IMG/VR virus record: IMGVR_UViG_3300020045_000834
Coordinates: 1 to 24,136 of that record
Strand: one strand, 5' to 3'
Length of the DNA: 24,136 bases
Source: a virus
Lineage: Duplodnaviria; Caudoviricetes
Shown here: positions 1 to 7,360 of the stretch, piece after piece
How positions within the stretch are numbered: the first letter of the stretch is position 1
How the letters are laid out: every line of letters starts with the position of its first letter
The notes under the pieces: generated by a model
What the model saw: only the letters and a program-made list of their open reading frames with translations
What the model was told of the DNA's origin: nothing
Databases searched by the model: none
Position numbers and translations under genes: made by a program

Positions 1-23
1 TTTCTACGTCCAAAGGAGAATTA

Positions 24-215
24 ATGAAGATTAAAATTATGAAGTGCAGCGACAGCCTAATGTGGTATCATGACCGCATTGGCGAAGTGTTCAATGTTCT
101 ATATGTTCTGAAAGAACCAAAGGATTTATCTATGTGGGTTCGGACAGCAGGAATGTATAATACTAAAAATTACGTGTTATACTCCGATTGTTCTGAAGTT
201 AATGACAACAAGTAA
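24..215 (+). CDS. small hypothetical phage protein (63 aa)
   Basis: ATG preceded by a strong SD (AAAGGAG at 12-18); tightly packed with co-oriented genes. Confidence 0.8.
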   Translation: MKIKIMKCSDSLMWYHDRIGEVFNVLYVLKEPKDLSMWVRTAGMYNTKNYVLYSDCSEVNDNK

Positions 216-226
216 AGGAGATTAAT

Positions 227-394
227 ATGTTCTACAGTGTAGAAAGAAACTATTGCAACTGTCATCCAGAAACCTGCTGTTGTAATCCGTATAAAATTGT
301 AGATACAAACGGAGAGAAATTTGAAACTTTCTATACAAAGGAAAAAGCGCAGATTGTAGCTAATGCTTTAAATTCATCAAAGGAGATTAAATGA
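227..394 (+). CDS. Cys-rich small hypothetical protein (55 aa), absent from the ORF track
   Basis: Manual translation: MFYSVERNYCNCHPETCCCNPYKIVDTNGEKFETFYTKEKAQIVANALNSSKEIK*. SD AAAGGAG at 214-220; the stop overlaps the next start (ATGA at 391-394). Confidence 0.85.
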   Translation: MFYSVERNYCNCHPETCCCNPYKIVDTNGEKFETFYTKEKAQIVANALNSSKEIK

Positions 395-693
395 AAGAGA
401 ACGAAGTTAAAATTTTCAGTGTTATAGTGGATGCTGAAGGTAATGACAAATGGATTGCAGATGGTGTATTTGTGAAAAAGCCAAAGTTGAAGGCTGAGGT
501 TAAACCAGAAGGAGTAAACGAACATCTGGTCAGCTTAATCATAGAAGCTATCGGATTGAACGAAGAAGGTGTTATACTTCATAGTACTGAACTTAATCAT
601 GGGAACTCTAACTCTATGATTATTTCAGTTCACTACTACCCTCGTCTTGATTCGTATGAAATGCGTACTAAGACACTTCACGTTTATAACTAA
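391..693 (+). CDS. hypothetical protein (100 aa)
   Basis: SD AAGGAG upstream; ATGA coupling to the preceding ORF. Confidence 0.8.
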   Translation: MKENEVKIFSVIVDAEGNDKWIADGVFVKKPKLKAEVKPEGVNEHLVSLIIEAIGLNEEGVILHSTELNHGNSNSMIISVHYYPRLDSYEMRTKTLHVYN

Positions 694-705
694 TAAGGAA
701 TAGAA

Positions 706-1188
706 ATGCAAGCTCAATCAAAATTGAAACTGAAGCTAAAACACAAAGACGTTCAACTACCTACTTACGCTACATCCGGCGCAGGATGCTTCGATATACG
801 TGCTTATACCTCCGATAAATTTGAAACATACGCAAGTGAAGGCTGGAGTAATGTAATTGGTATGAACGAATCTGTTACATTCGGTACTGGTTTGTTCTTT
901 GAAGTACCCAAAGGTAAAGTCCTATTGGTGTTTTCTCGAAGTGGTCATGGCTTCAATTCCAACATCAGGTTAGCTAATTGTGTAGGTGTAATTGATTCAG
1001 ACTATAGAGGTGAGTTAAAAGTTAAACTAACAAATGATGACCCTGATCGGTACTTTGAAGTTGATAAAGGTGATAGAATTGCACAAGCAATGTTAGTGGA
1101 CTCCAACCAAGTTCAATTTGAGATTGTGGAAGAACTTTCTTTGACTGAGCGTGATACAGGTGGTCTAGGAAGTACAGGCGTTAATTAA
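706..1188 (+). CDS. dut: trimeric dUTPase
   Basis: Five dUTPase motifs: AGCFD, SRSG, GVIDSDYRGE, GDRIAQ, RDTGGLGSTG. Confidence 0.97.
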   Translation: MQAQSKLKLKLKHKDVQLPTYATSGAGCFDIRAYTSDKFETYASEGWSNVIGMNESVTFGTGLFFEVPKGKVLLVFSRSGHGFNSNIRLANCVGVIDSDYRGELKVKLTNDDPDRYFEVDKGDRIAQAMLVDSNQVQFEIVEELSLTERDTGGLGSTGVN

Positions 1189-1200
1189 ACTAGGAGTAAT

Positions 1201-1656
1201 ATGGAAGATAAAAAGTTCACAGTAAACGGTAAGACTGTTTGGTTGATTAAAAGCTCAGATCAAGAATCATCTGGAGCATCTTGTGACCAGTGTGTATTTA
1301 ATTTTAACGATTGCCCACGCGATACAGAAACAGATCGTATTGCATGTACACTCAATGAAGATATATTAATGCATTTCACTGATGGTAGTTCTGAAACTAA
1401 ATCAGAAGAATCCTTATCTGCGAATTCATCTGCACTAAATATTCAAGTCGGTGGTGGACACTACAAAGATATGAAGATTCAACCAGTAGAGTATATCCAT
1501 GCTAACAATTTGAGCTTTCTTGAAGGTAATGTCGTGAAGTACATTACTCGTCATAAGACCAAGAACAAAGCTCAGGACATTAGGAAGATAATTCACTACT
1601 GTACTTTGATTCTTCAACTAGAGTACAATGAGACCTACGAACAAGAGTCTAAATAA
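1201..1656 (+). CDS. DUF3310 / T7 gp1.7-like putative nucleotide kinase with Cys-containing N-terminal domain
   Basis: C-terminal QVGGGHYK...IQP...FLEGNVVKYITR...K...QDIRKIIHY signature; N-terminal CDQC..C..C. Confidence 0.85.
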   Translation: MEDKKFTVNGKTVWLIKSSDQESSGASCDQCVFNFNDCPRDTETDRIACTLNEDILMHFTDGSSETKSEESLSANSSALNIQVGGGHYKDMKIQPVEYIHANNLSFLEGNVVKYITRHKTKNKAQDIRKIIHYCTLILQLEYNETYEQESK

Positions 1657-1661
1657 TTCAC

Positions 1662-1690
1662 TTGTATATACATCAACATAAGAGTATAAT
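1662..1690 (+). promoter_or_regulatory. sigma70-type promoter for the mazG-thyX-nrd operon
   Basis: TTGTAT (1662-1667), 17 bp spacer, TATAAT (1685-1690) in an intergenic gap. Confidence 0.8.
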
Positions 1691-1713
1691 CTTCACTCCC
1701 GAAAGGAAACCCA

Positions 1714-2010
1714 ATGAACTACAGGCAATATCTACTCATTAAACTCGCAGAGGAATGCTCTGAAATTGCACAGGCATCAATCAAATGTAGCCTTTTTGGT
1801 TATGAATCACTTGACCCTAGAGAAGATACAGGAGAAACTAACGCGTTTAAACTCTTTAAAGAGCTGCTGGATTTTACTGCTGTAATAGATGAACTAGGGG
1901 AAGTAACTGATGCTGATTTCCCTGATTTCGATCATGAAGGATACATTGACATGAAACGAGAGAAACTCAAGCATTATTACGAAGTCTCTCAGAATACAAA
2001 CCACGATTAA
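1714..2010 (+). CDS. MazG-like (all-alpha) NTP pyrophosphohydrolase
   Basis: Helical acidic motifs KLAEECSEIAQ and KELLDF (EExxE...ExxD); nucleotide-metabolism context. Confidence 0.65.
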   Translation: MNYRQYLLIKLAEECSEIAQASIKCSLFGYESLDPREDTGETNAFKLFKELLDFTAVIDELGEVTDADFPDFDHEGYIDMKREKLKHYYEVSQNTNHD

Positions 2011-2024
2011 ATAAAGGAAATAAT

Positions 2025-2321
2025 ATGACTAATAAAACACAAACAACTCCCACACAAGCAACCAACACAACACCCACCGCAACTAACTACGGTAGCATCC
2101 GTGATGTACTCAAGGAATCCGCTTTGGTTAAAGAACAAAAGCTCCAAGAGACTGATACTAAGCAATACACCTTGGGTGAAATCTTCCAACACAATGGACG
2201 TAACGTACAAGTAGTAGAACTGCAAGCACAAGGTGTGTATCATGTGAAAGCTGAAGAGGTACCGTTTGATTCTTACTGGGTTAATACTGGTGAAGCCGTG
2301 GATATTACAAGCGCTGAATAA
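2025..2321 (+). CDS. hypothetical protein with Thr-rich N-terminus (98 aa)
   Basis: SD AAAGGA; co-oriented within the operon. Confidence 0.8.
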   Translation: MTNKTQTTPTQATNTTPTATNYGSIRDVLKESALVKEQKLQETDTKQYTLGEIFQHNGRNVQVVELQAQGVYHVKAEEVPFDSYWVNTGEAVDITSAE

Positions 2322-2330
2322 GGAGACTTA

Positions 2331-2999
2331 ATGACATTTGCTAATGTACGTATTATTGGTTACACACAACCAACTGAAGAGTTCAAAGACCAGTTCAAGG
2401 ATGTTAAGGATTTAGTCGCTTATTGCGCACGAGTGTCTAACCCAAGTAATCAAATGAACTCTGCAACATCAGATAAACTCATTAGGTACTTGGTGAATAA
2501 CGCACATTGGTCACCTCTTGAGATGGCTTCGGTTACACTAGAGATTGAAACGACTCGTGACATTGCGCGTCAGATGCTTAGGCATCGTAGCTTTGCATTT
2601 CAAGAATTTTCTCAGAGATACGCCGATCCTACAAAGGACATGAAGTTTGTTCTACGTGAAGCTAGGTTGCAAGATACAAAGAACCGTCAGAATAGTATTG
2701 AAAGTTCTGACGTACATCTTCAGGCTTCATGGGATGCTTATCAGCAATCAGTTATTGATGCAGCTAAGGTAGCTTATACTTGGGCAATCAACAATGGAAT
2801 CGCTAAGGAACAAGCTCGTGCTGTTCTACCAGAAGGTAACACAAGTTCACGACTGTATGTACAAGGGACTATTCGTTCATGGATTCATTATATTCAAGTA
2901 CGAGAACATGAGAGCACACAAAAGGAACACCGAGTTCTGGCTAATAAAGTCTCAGAAGCTATCTCGTTAATTTTCAGTCTTAAAGGAGATAAACAATGA
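2331..2999 (+). CDS. thyX: flavin-dependent thymidylate synthase
   Basis: AYCARVS, HWSPLE, RHRSFAFQEFSQRY (RHRx7SxR), KEQARAVLP, TQKEHR. Confidence 0.97.
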   Translation: MTFANVRIIGYTQPTEEFKDQFKDVKDLVAYCARVSNPSNQMNSATSDKLIRYLVNNAHWSPLEMASVTLEIETTRDIARQMLRHRSFAFQEFSQRYADPTKDMKFVLREARLQDTKNRQNSIESSDVHLQASWDAYQQSVIDAAKVAYTWAINNGIAKEQARAVLPEGNTSSRLYVQGTIRSWIHYIQVREHESTQKEHRVLANKVSEAISLIFSLKGDKQ

Positions 3000-3328
3000 G
3001 TTCAATTATTGCGCTAGTCTACATTTCACAGAGCGAGCTATGGACGTCAAATCCCATGTACACTGAGGAATGGGTTCAGGAGAATCCACAGCAGCTAGAA
3101 CAGGTTCTATATGACCTTGGATTGAATGTTTATGAACCATATGAAGTTCAGTCTAATACACATCGTAATCGGTTTGGAAATATCGTTACGTGTACAAGGT
3201 GGGTGGGTAATGAATTGTTAACAGACAAATGGATCAACTCTGGTTACGCAAGCGATTCTTCCAAGGATAAAGCAAGCGGGAGTAATTTAGTTAAAGATCT
3301 TTACTCCCTCCGTGGAATGACAGAATAA
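2996..3328 (+). CDS. hypothetical protein (110 aa)
   Basis: ATGA overlap with the thyX stop; SD AAAGGAG. Confidence 0.8.
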   Translation: MSSIIALVYISQSELWTSNPMYTEEWVQENPQQLEQVLYDLGLNVYEPYEVQSNTHRNRFGNIVTCTRWVGNELLTDKWINSGYASDSSKDKASGSNLVKDLYSLRGMTE

Positions 3329-3339
3329 ATAAAGGAAAT

Positions 3340-4305
3340 ATGGAAAATTACTTACTACCAATTAACGAGTTCAACGAGCCGATTGAATTCGCAGATCAAC
3401 AACTGAAGGTCTTTTGGACAGCAGAAGAGATTAACGTAGAGAAGGACATTCAGGATGTTTTGGTGAATTTCACTGAATCAGAGAAACACGCAGTTATTAC
3501 TACTCTGAAGTTGTTCAGTATCTACGAGACTCACGCTGGTTCTGAATACTGGGGTGGACGATTCAAGAAAATGTTTAATGGTGCGGAGTTTCACCGTATG
3601 GCTTCAGTATTCTCTATGTTTGAATTAGCAGTTCATGCTCCTTTCTATAACAAGATTAATCAACTACTTCATATTGATACTCCAGAATTCTATATGTCGT
3701 ACTTAGATAATCCAGTTTTGAAAGAGCGTGTAGAACACATTGGTGAGATTATTGACCATCCTGATGATTTAGTTTCATTGGCAGCTTTCTCTATGGTTGA
3801 AGGTGTGATTTTGTACAGTAGCTTTGCTTTCTTGAAGCACTATCAATCACAAGGTAAGAACAAGCTAATGAACATTGTTCGTGGAATTAATTTCAGCGTC
3901 CGTGATGAGTCACTACACTCACTAGGAGGTGCGTGGGCTTTTAAGCACAAACTCAGTCAGAATAACTACAGCGAAGTCTACAAGAAAGCCATTGAAGATA
4001 AAGTGCGGGAAGTTGCTAATCGAATTTACGAACATGAATGCCAGATCATTGCTATGCTTTTTGAGAAAGGTGAAATCAAAGGTATCACTGCTCATCAACT
4101 TGAGTGCTTCGTACAGTCAAGAGTGAATGAATGTTTAGCTGAACTTGGTTTCGAGAAAGAGTACAATGTGAAGTACAACCCAATTGCTTCTTGGTTCTAC
4201 GATGGGATCAATAAGTTCCAGTTCAATGATTTCTTTTCTGCGGTAGGAAGAGAGTACAATCGCAACTGGGATCAATCAGAATTTAAATGGAAGGCTCAAG
4301 AATGA
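3340..4305 (+). CDS. nrdB: class I ribonucleotide reductase beta subunit
   Basis: FWTAEEI, E63, E95/H99/Y103, VEGVILYSSF, RDESLH, C-terminal DFF...EY; adjacent to nrdA. Confidence 0.95.
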   Translation: MENYLLPINEFNEPIEFADQQLKVFWTAEEINVEKDIQDVLVNFTESEKHAVITTLKLFSIYETHAGSEYWGGRFKKMFNGAEFHRMASVFSMFELAVHAPFYNKINQLLHIDTPEFYMSYLDNPVLKERVEHIGEIIDHPDDLVSLAAFSMVEGVILYSSFAFLKHYQSQGKNKLMNIVRGINFSVRDESLHSLGGAWAFKHKLSQNNYSEVYKKAIEDKVREVANRIYEHECQIIAMLFEKGEIKGITAHQLECFVQSRVNECLAELGFEKEYNVKYNPIASWFYDGINKFQFNDFFSAVGREYNRNWDQSEFKWKAQE

Positions 4306-6002
4306 CAAATATTTATACAGAACTAAGCAATGAACGTAAATTCCTGCAAGAAAAAGGACTAGTACCTGAGTGGTATAGCACTGGTGGTTATCAGTTATTC
4401 AAGGAGAAGTATCTTTACGACACTGACCGTTCTGTACGTGGTCAATTTGAACGTATTGCAGCAACAGCAGCTAAACATCTAGTCGGGACTAAGTTTGAAC
4501 GTCAGGCTAACAACAAGTTCTTTGAGCTACTGTGGAACGGTTGGTTGTCTCCTAGTACGCCTGTGTTGGCTAATATGGGTACATCAAGGGGTATGCCAGT
4601 GTCTTGCTCTGGAACAGTCGCAGAGGACTCCGTGGATGGCTTCTACAGCAATCTACGTGAAGTAGCTATTTTGACTAAATACGGATTTGGTACAGCTACT
4701 GACCTGAGTAATATCAGACCTCGTGGTGCTAAGATTAGTGTAGGTGGACGAGCTAGTGGTGTTATGCCGATTATTCAAGAGCACGTTAATGCTATGCGTA
4801 ATATTGCCCAAGGAACTGCTAGGCGTGGCGCATGGGCGTGTTACTTAAACATTGAACACGGGGACTTCAACGAACTAGTTGACCACATGCTTGCAGAGCC
4901 GGATGATTTGAATGTAGGATGGGTTATTCACCAGACGTTTATTGATCGTTTGAATTCAGGTGAAGCTAAAGCACTCGAAATCTTTCAACGTGCAATGAAG
5001 GTGAAGATGGTTACTGGTAAGGGCTACTTTTTCTTCATTGATAAAGCTAACAATAAGCGACCACAGATTTACAAAGATAAAGGGTTGTTTATTAACAACA
5101 GCCAACTTTGTTCAGAGATTATGTTATTCAATGACCTTGATCACACTTACACCTGTGTTCTGTCATCAATGAATGCAGCTAAGTACGATGAATGGGAAGA
5201 CACTGATGCTGTTTTCTGGAGTACAATCTTTCTTGATTGTGTAGCCGAAGAGTTCATTCAGAAAGCTAAGAATATTAAAGGACTAGAGAAAGCTGTACGG
5301 TTTACTGAAAAGAGTCGTGCATTAGGTCTAGGTCTTTGTGGAATTCATACACTGTTTATGCAGAAGATGCTGCCGTTTGAATCCTTCGATGCACATATGT
5401 TAAGCCAAGAAATCTCCGCTAATATTATGCAAGGTGCTTCAGTAGCTACATCTGAAATGGCTGTAGAGTTAGGTGAACCTGAGTGGTGTGTTGGTTATGG
5501 TGTACGAAACACTCACTTGATTGCGATTGCTCCTACTAAATCTACTGCCTTAATCATGGGTGGTGTATCGGAGGGTATTAATCCAGACCCTGCAATGAGT
5601 TATACACAGATGACTTCTGCTGGTGAAGTAGATAGGACTAATCCTGTGCTACTAGATTTAATGAAAAAGAAAGGCGTGTATTCTAAGAAGCATATTCAAG
5701 AGATTACCAACAATCAAGGTTCAGTGCAGAAAGTTGACTGGTTAACGGAGGATGAAAAGAAAGTATTCTTGACCGCATTTGAGATTAACCAGAAAGCTGT
5801 GTTACGATTAGCTTCTGCTAGGTCAGGATATATTGATCAATGGCAGTCATTGAATCTGTTCTTTTCTGCTAATGAGTCACCACAGTGGATTGCTGAAGTA
5901 CACCAAGAAGCATTTGCTGATCCTAACATTCTAGCTCTGTACTACATTTATACTCAAGCTGGAGTACAGGCTGCAAAAGGCGAATGCGAAGCCTGCATGT
6001 AG
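4302..6002 (+). CDS. nrdA: class I ribonucleotide reductase alpha subunit (short, no ATP-cone)
   Basis: SPSTPVLAN, PVSC, RRGA, QLCSEI, TCVLSS, AIAPTKS, DQWQSLN, LYY, C-terminal CEAC. Start placed at the ATGA overlap with the nrdB stop (4302) rather than at 4287. Confidence 0.96.
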   Translation: MTNIYTELSNERKFLQEKGLVPEWYSTGGYQLFKEKYLYDTDRSVRGQFERIAATAAKHLVGTKFERQANNKFFELLWNGWLSPSTPVLANMGTSRGMPVSCSGTVAEDSVDGFYSNLREVAILTKYGFGTATDLSNIRPRGAKISVGGRASGVMPIIQEHVNAMRNIAQGTARRGAWACYLNIEHGDFNELVDHMLAEPDDLNVGWVIHQTFIDRLNSGEAKALEIFQRAMKVKMVTGKGYFFFIDKANNKRPQIYKDKGLFINNSQLCSEIMLFNDLDHTYTCVLSSMNAAKYDEWEDTDAVFWSTIFLDCVAEEFIQKAKNIKGLEKAVRFTEKSRALGLGLCGIHTLFMQKMLPFESFDAHMLSQEISANIMQGASVATSEMAVELGEPEWCVGYGVRNTHLIAIAPTKSTALIMGGVSEGINPDPAMSYTQMTSAGEVDRTNPVLLDLMKKKGVYSKKHIQEITNNQGSVQKVDWLTEDEKKVFLTAFEINQKAVLRLASARSGYIDQWQSLNLFFSANESPQWIAEVHQEAFADPNILALYYIYTQAGVQAAKGECEACM

Positions 6003-6042
6003 ATTAAACGGGGGACTAACAATCCCCATAAAGAAAGGAAAT

Positions 6043-6300
6043 ATGAAAACATTACTGAAGTACGAGGCCCCGTGGTGTAACGGGTGTAAAGTCCTTACTA
6101 ATCTACTCAAGGACGTTGACCTGAGTGGTATCGAAGTAGTTCCAATTAACATTGATGTTGATACAGCCAGTGCTAAGGCATACAATGTTCGTGGATTACC
6201 AACCCTAATCACCCTCGATGAAACCGGAGAGGAAATCAGACGAATCTCTGGCGCTTTGAACAAAGACCAACTCATGAAATTCCTAGGAGACACAATTTGA
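6043..6300 (+). CDS. trxA: thioredoxin
   Basis: APWCNGCK active site and cis-Pro motif VRGLPT; lies directly after nrdA. Confidence 0.92.
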   Translation: MKTLLKYEAPWCNGCKVLTNLLKDVDLSGIEVVPINIDVDTASAKAYNVRGLPTLITLDETGEEIRRISGALNKDQLMKFLGDTI

Positions 6301-6638
6301 GCACCTTGACTACACAGAACCCATTCCCAGTTAAACACTACGTTAACCTCGACGAGTACTCCCTGTACCTCTCAGAGCTAGTCCAAGGTCTACGTCAAGA
6401 ACTCCACCGGACTAATGTAGTAATTGCTTCAGGATTAATGCAAGAGGATAACGCTCAATCATTCAAAGATTACGCGGAGCTAATCCAGAAGGAGATCGTT
6501 CGGCACAACCACGAATACAACAGGGCTTGTTATCTGGAGTATCATCAGGCTAAATTGATAGAGCTAACGGACGAGAATTCTTTGAGTTTTTATATGTGGT
6601 GCCAAGAAAAGATTAAAGCTAAACGAACGTACAATTAA
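6297..6638 (+). CDS. hypothetical helical protein (113 aa)
   Basis: TTG start overlapping the trx stop (TTGA); AGGAG upstream. Confidence 0.7.
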   Translation: MSTLTTQNPFPVKHYVNLDEYSLYLSELVQGLRQELHRTNVVIASGLMQEDNAQSFKDYAELIQKEIVRHNHEYNRACYLEYHQAKLIELTDENSLSFYMWCQEKIKAKRTYN

Positions 6639-6677
6639 CCGTTCATCCAGAAGTGTCCGATCCATTCGGATACGACC

Positions 6678-6734
6678 AAAAGAAAACCCCGCTAGTAACC
6701 TTCGTTAAAAGGCCGCTAGCGGGGTTTGTTAGTT
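6678..6734. terminator. bidirectional intrinsic terminator where the two arms converge
   Basis: 12-bp stem AAACCCCGCTAG (6684-6695) / CTAGCGGGGTTT (6716-6727) with an inner CCTT/AAGG; A-rich left flank and T-rich right flank. Confidence 0.85.
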
Positions 6735-6850
6735 CAGGGCTAGGACAGCGTACGATCCTTCGGATGCGTCCTTGGTACAGTTACATTACCTTGGGTCTTC
6801 GCGTTCATCCTAAGCTGTTCTGGTACGTTCTACAGTGGTTCTACACAACC

Positions 6851-7360
6851 TTACTTACCTGCGTTATCCACCCTGAACTTATCCAAGGTATCTTTCACAG
6901 TATCATATTGCTTATAACACATCAACAGGTTCAGCTTTAGTTCTTCGGCTTGTCCAGCGTACCTTGCAAGAAAAGCTCCATCGTCTTGATATAATCCCTG
7001 TCCGTTACATCCTGCGGTACACGTTCCATTAGGGGTATCTTCGGGAACACTGCTATTGCCGGAGGGACGTAAGGGGCGGTTTGACAAGCTGTTAGACAGA
7101 TCAGCAACACGCAGATTGAGGTTATGTACTTTAGCATTATGCTCCTTTTGTTGGGTGGTTACAGTATTCTGTAGTTCAGTCTGAATTTTAACAGCAGAAT
7201 CTTTCAGTTCAGTTGTGCGCTTGTTGTACTGCTGTGTCATCTCTAGTCTAACTTGTGATTCAGCCTGTTGTACTTTGAACTTAACGTCCGTTGAATGCCA
7301 GAAGAGCAAACCAAGAACTACTACAGTAATTCCTATAATTTTATAACCTAAGTTAAACAT
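6851..7360 (-). CDS. Rz: inner-membrane spanin (Rz-like)
   Basis: N-terminal TM helix, long coiled coil and Cys residues; follows the endolysin; contains an embedded lipoprotein ORF. Confidence 0.85.
   Translation of the reverse strand: MFNLGYKIIGITVVVLGLLFWHSTDVKFKVQQAESQVRLEMTQQYNKRTTELKDSAVKIQTELQNTVTTQQKEHNAKVHNLNLRVADLSNSLSNRPLRPSGNSSVPEDTPNGTCTAGCNGQGLYQDDGAFLARYAGQAEELKLNLLMCYKQYDTVKDTLDKFRVDNAGK
6937..7137 (-). CDS. Rz1: outer-membrane spanin lipoprotein (Rz1-like), embedded in Rz
   Basis: Signal peptide MLKYITSICVLLICLTA-C with lipobox LTAC and a Pro-rich mature part; AAGGAG upstream; alternate frame inside Rz. Confidence 0.85.
   Translation of the reverse strand: MLKYITSICVLLICLTACQTAPYVPPAIAVFPKIPLMERVPQDVTDRDYIKTMELFLQGTLDKPKN

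Noticed and set aside
2037-2090. Thr-Pro repeat (TTPTQATNTTPTATN) as a DNA repeat element
   Set aside because: Low-complexity coding linker only
6011-6027. GGGGA/TCCCC hairpin between nrdA and trx as a terminator
   Set aside because: 5-bp stem with no U tract
5931-6338. 135-aa antisense ORF over the nrdA end and thioredoxin
   Set aside because: Overlaps well-supported genes on the other strand; no SD or motif
6653-6940. 95-aa + strand ORF in the convergence region
   Set aside because: GTG start without an SD; runs through the terminator and overlaps Rz antisense
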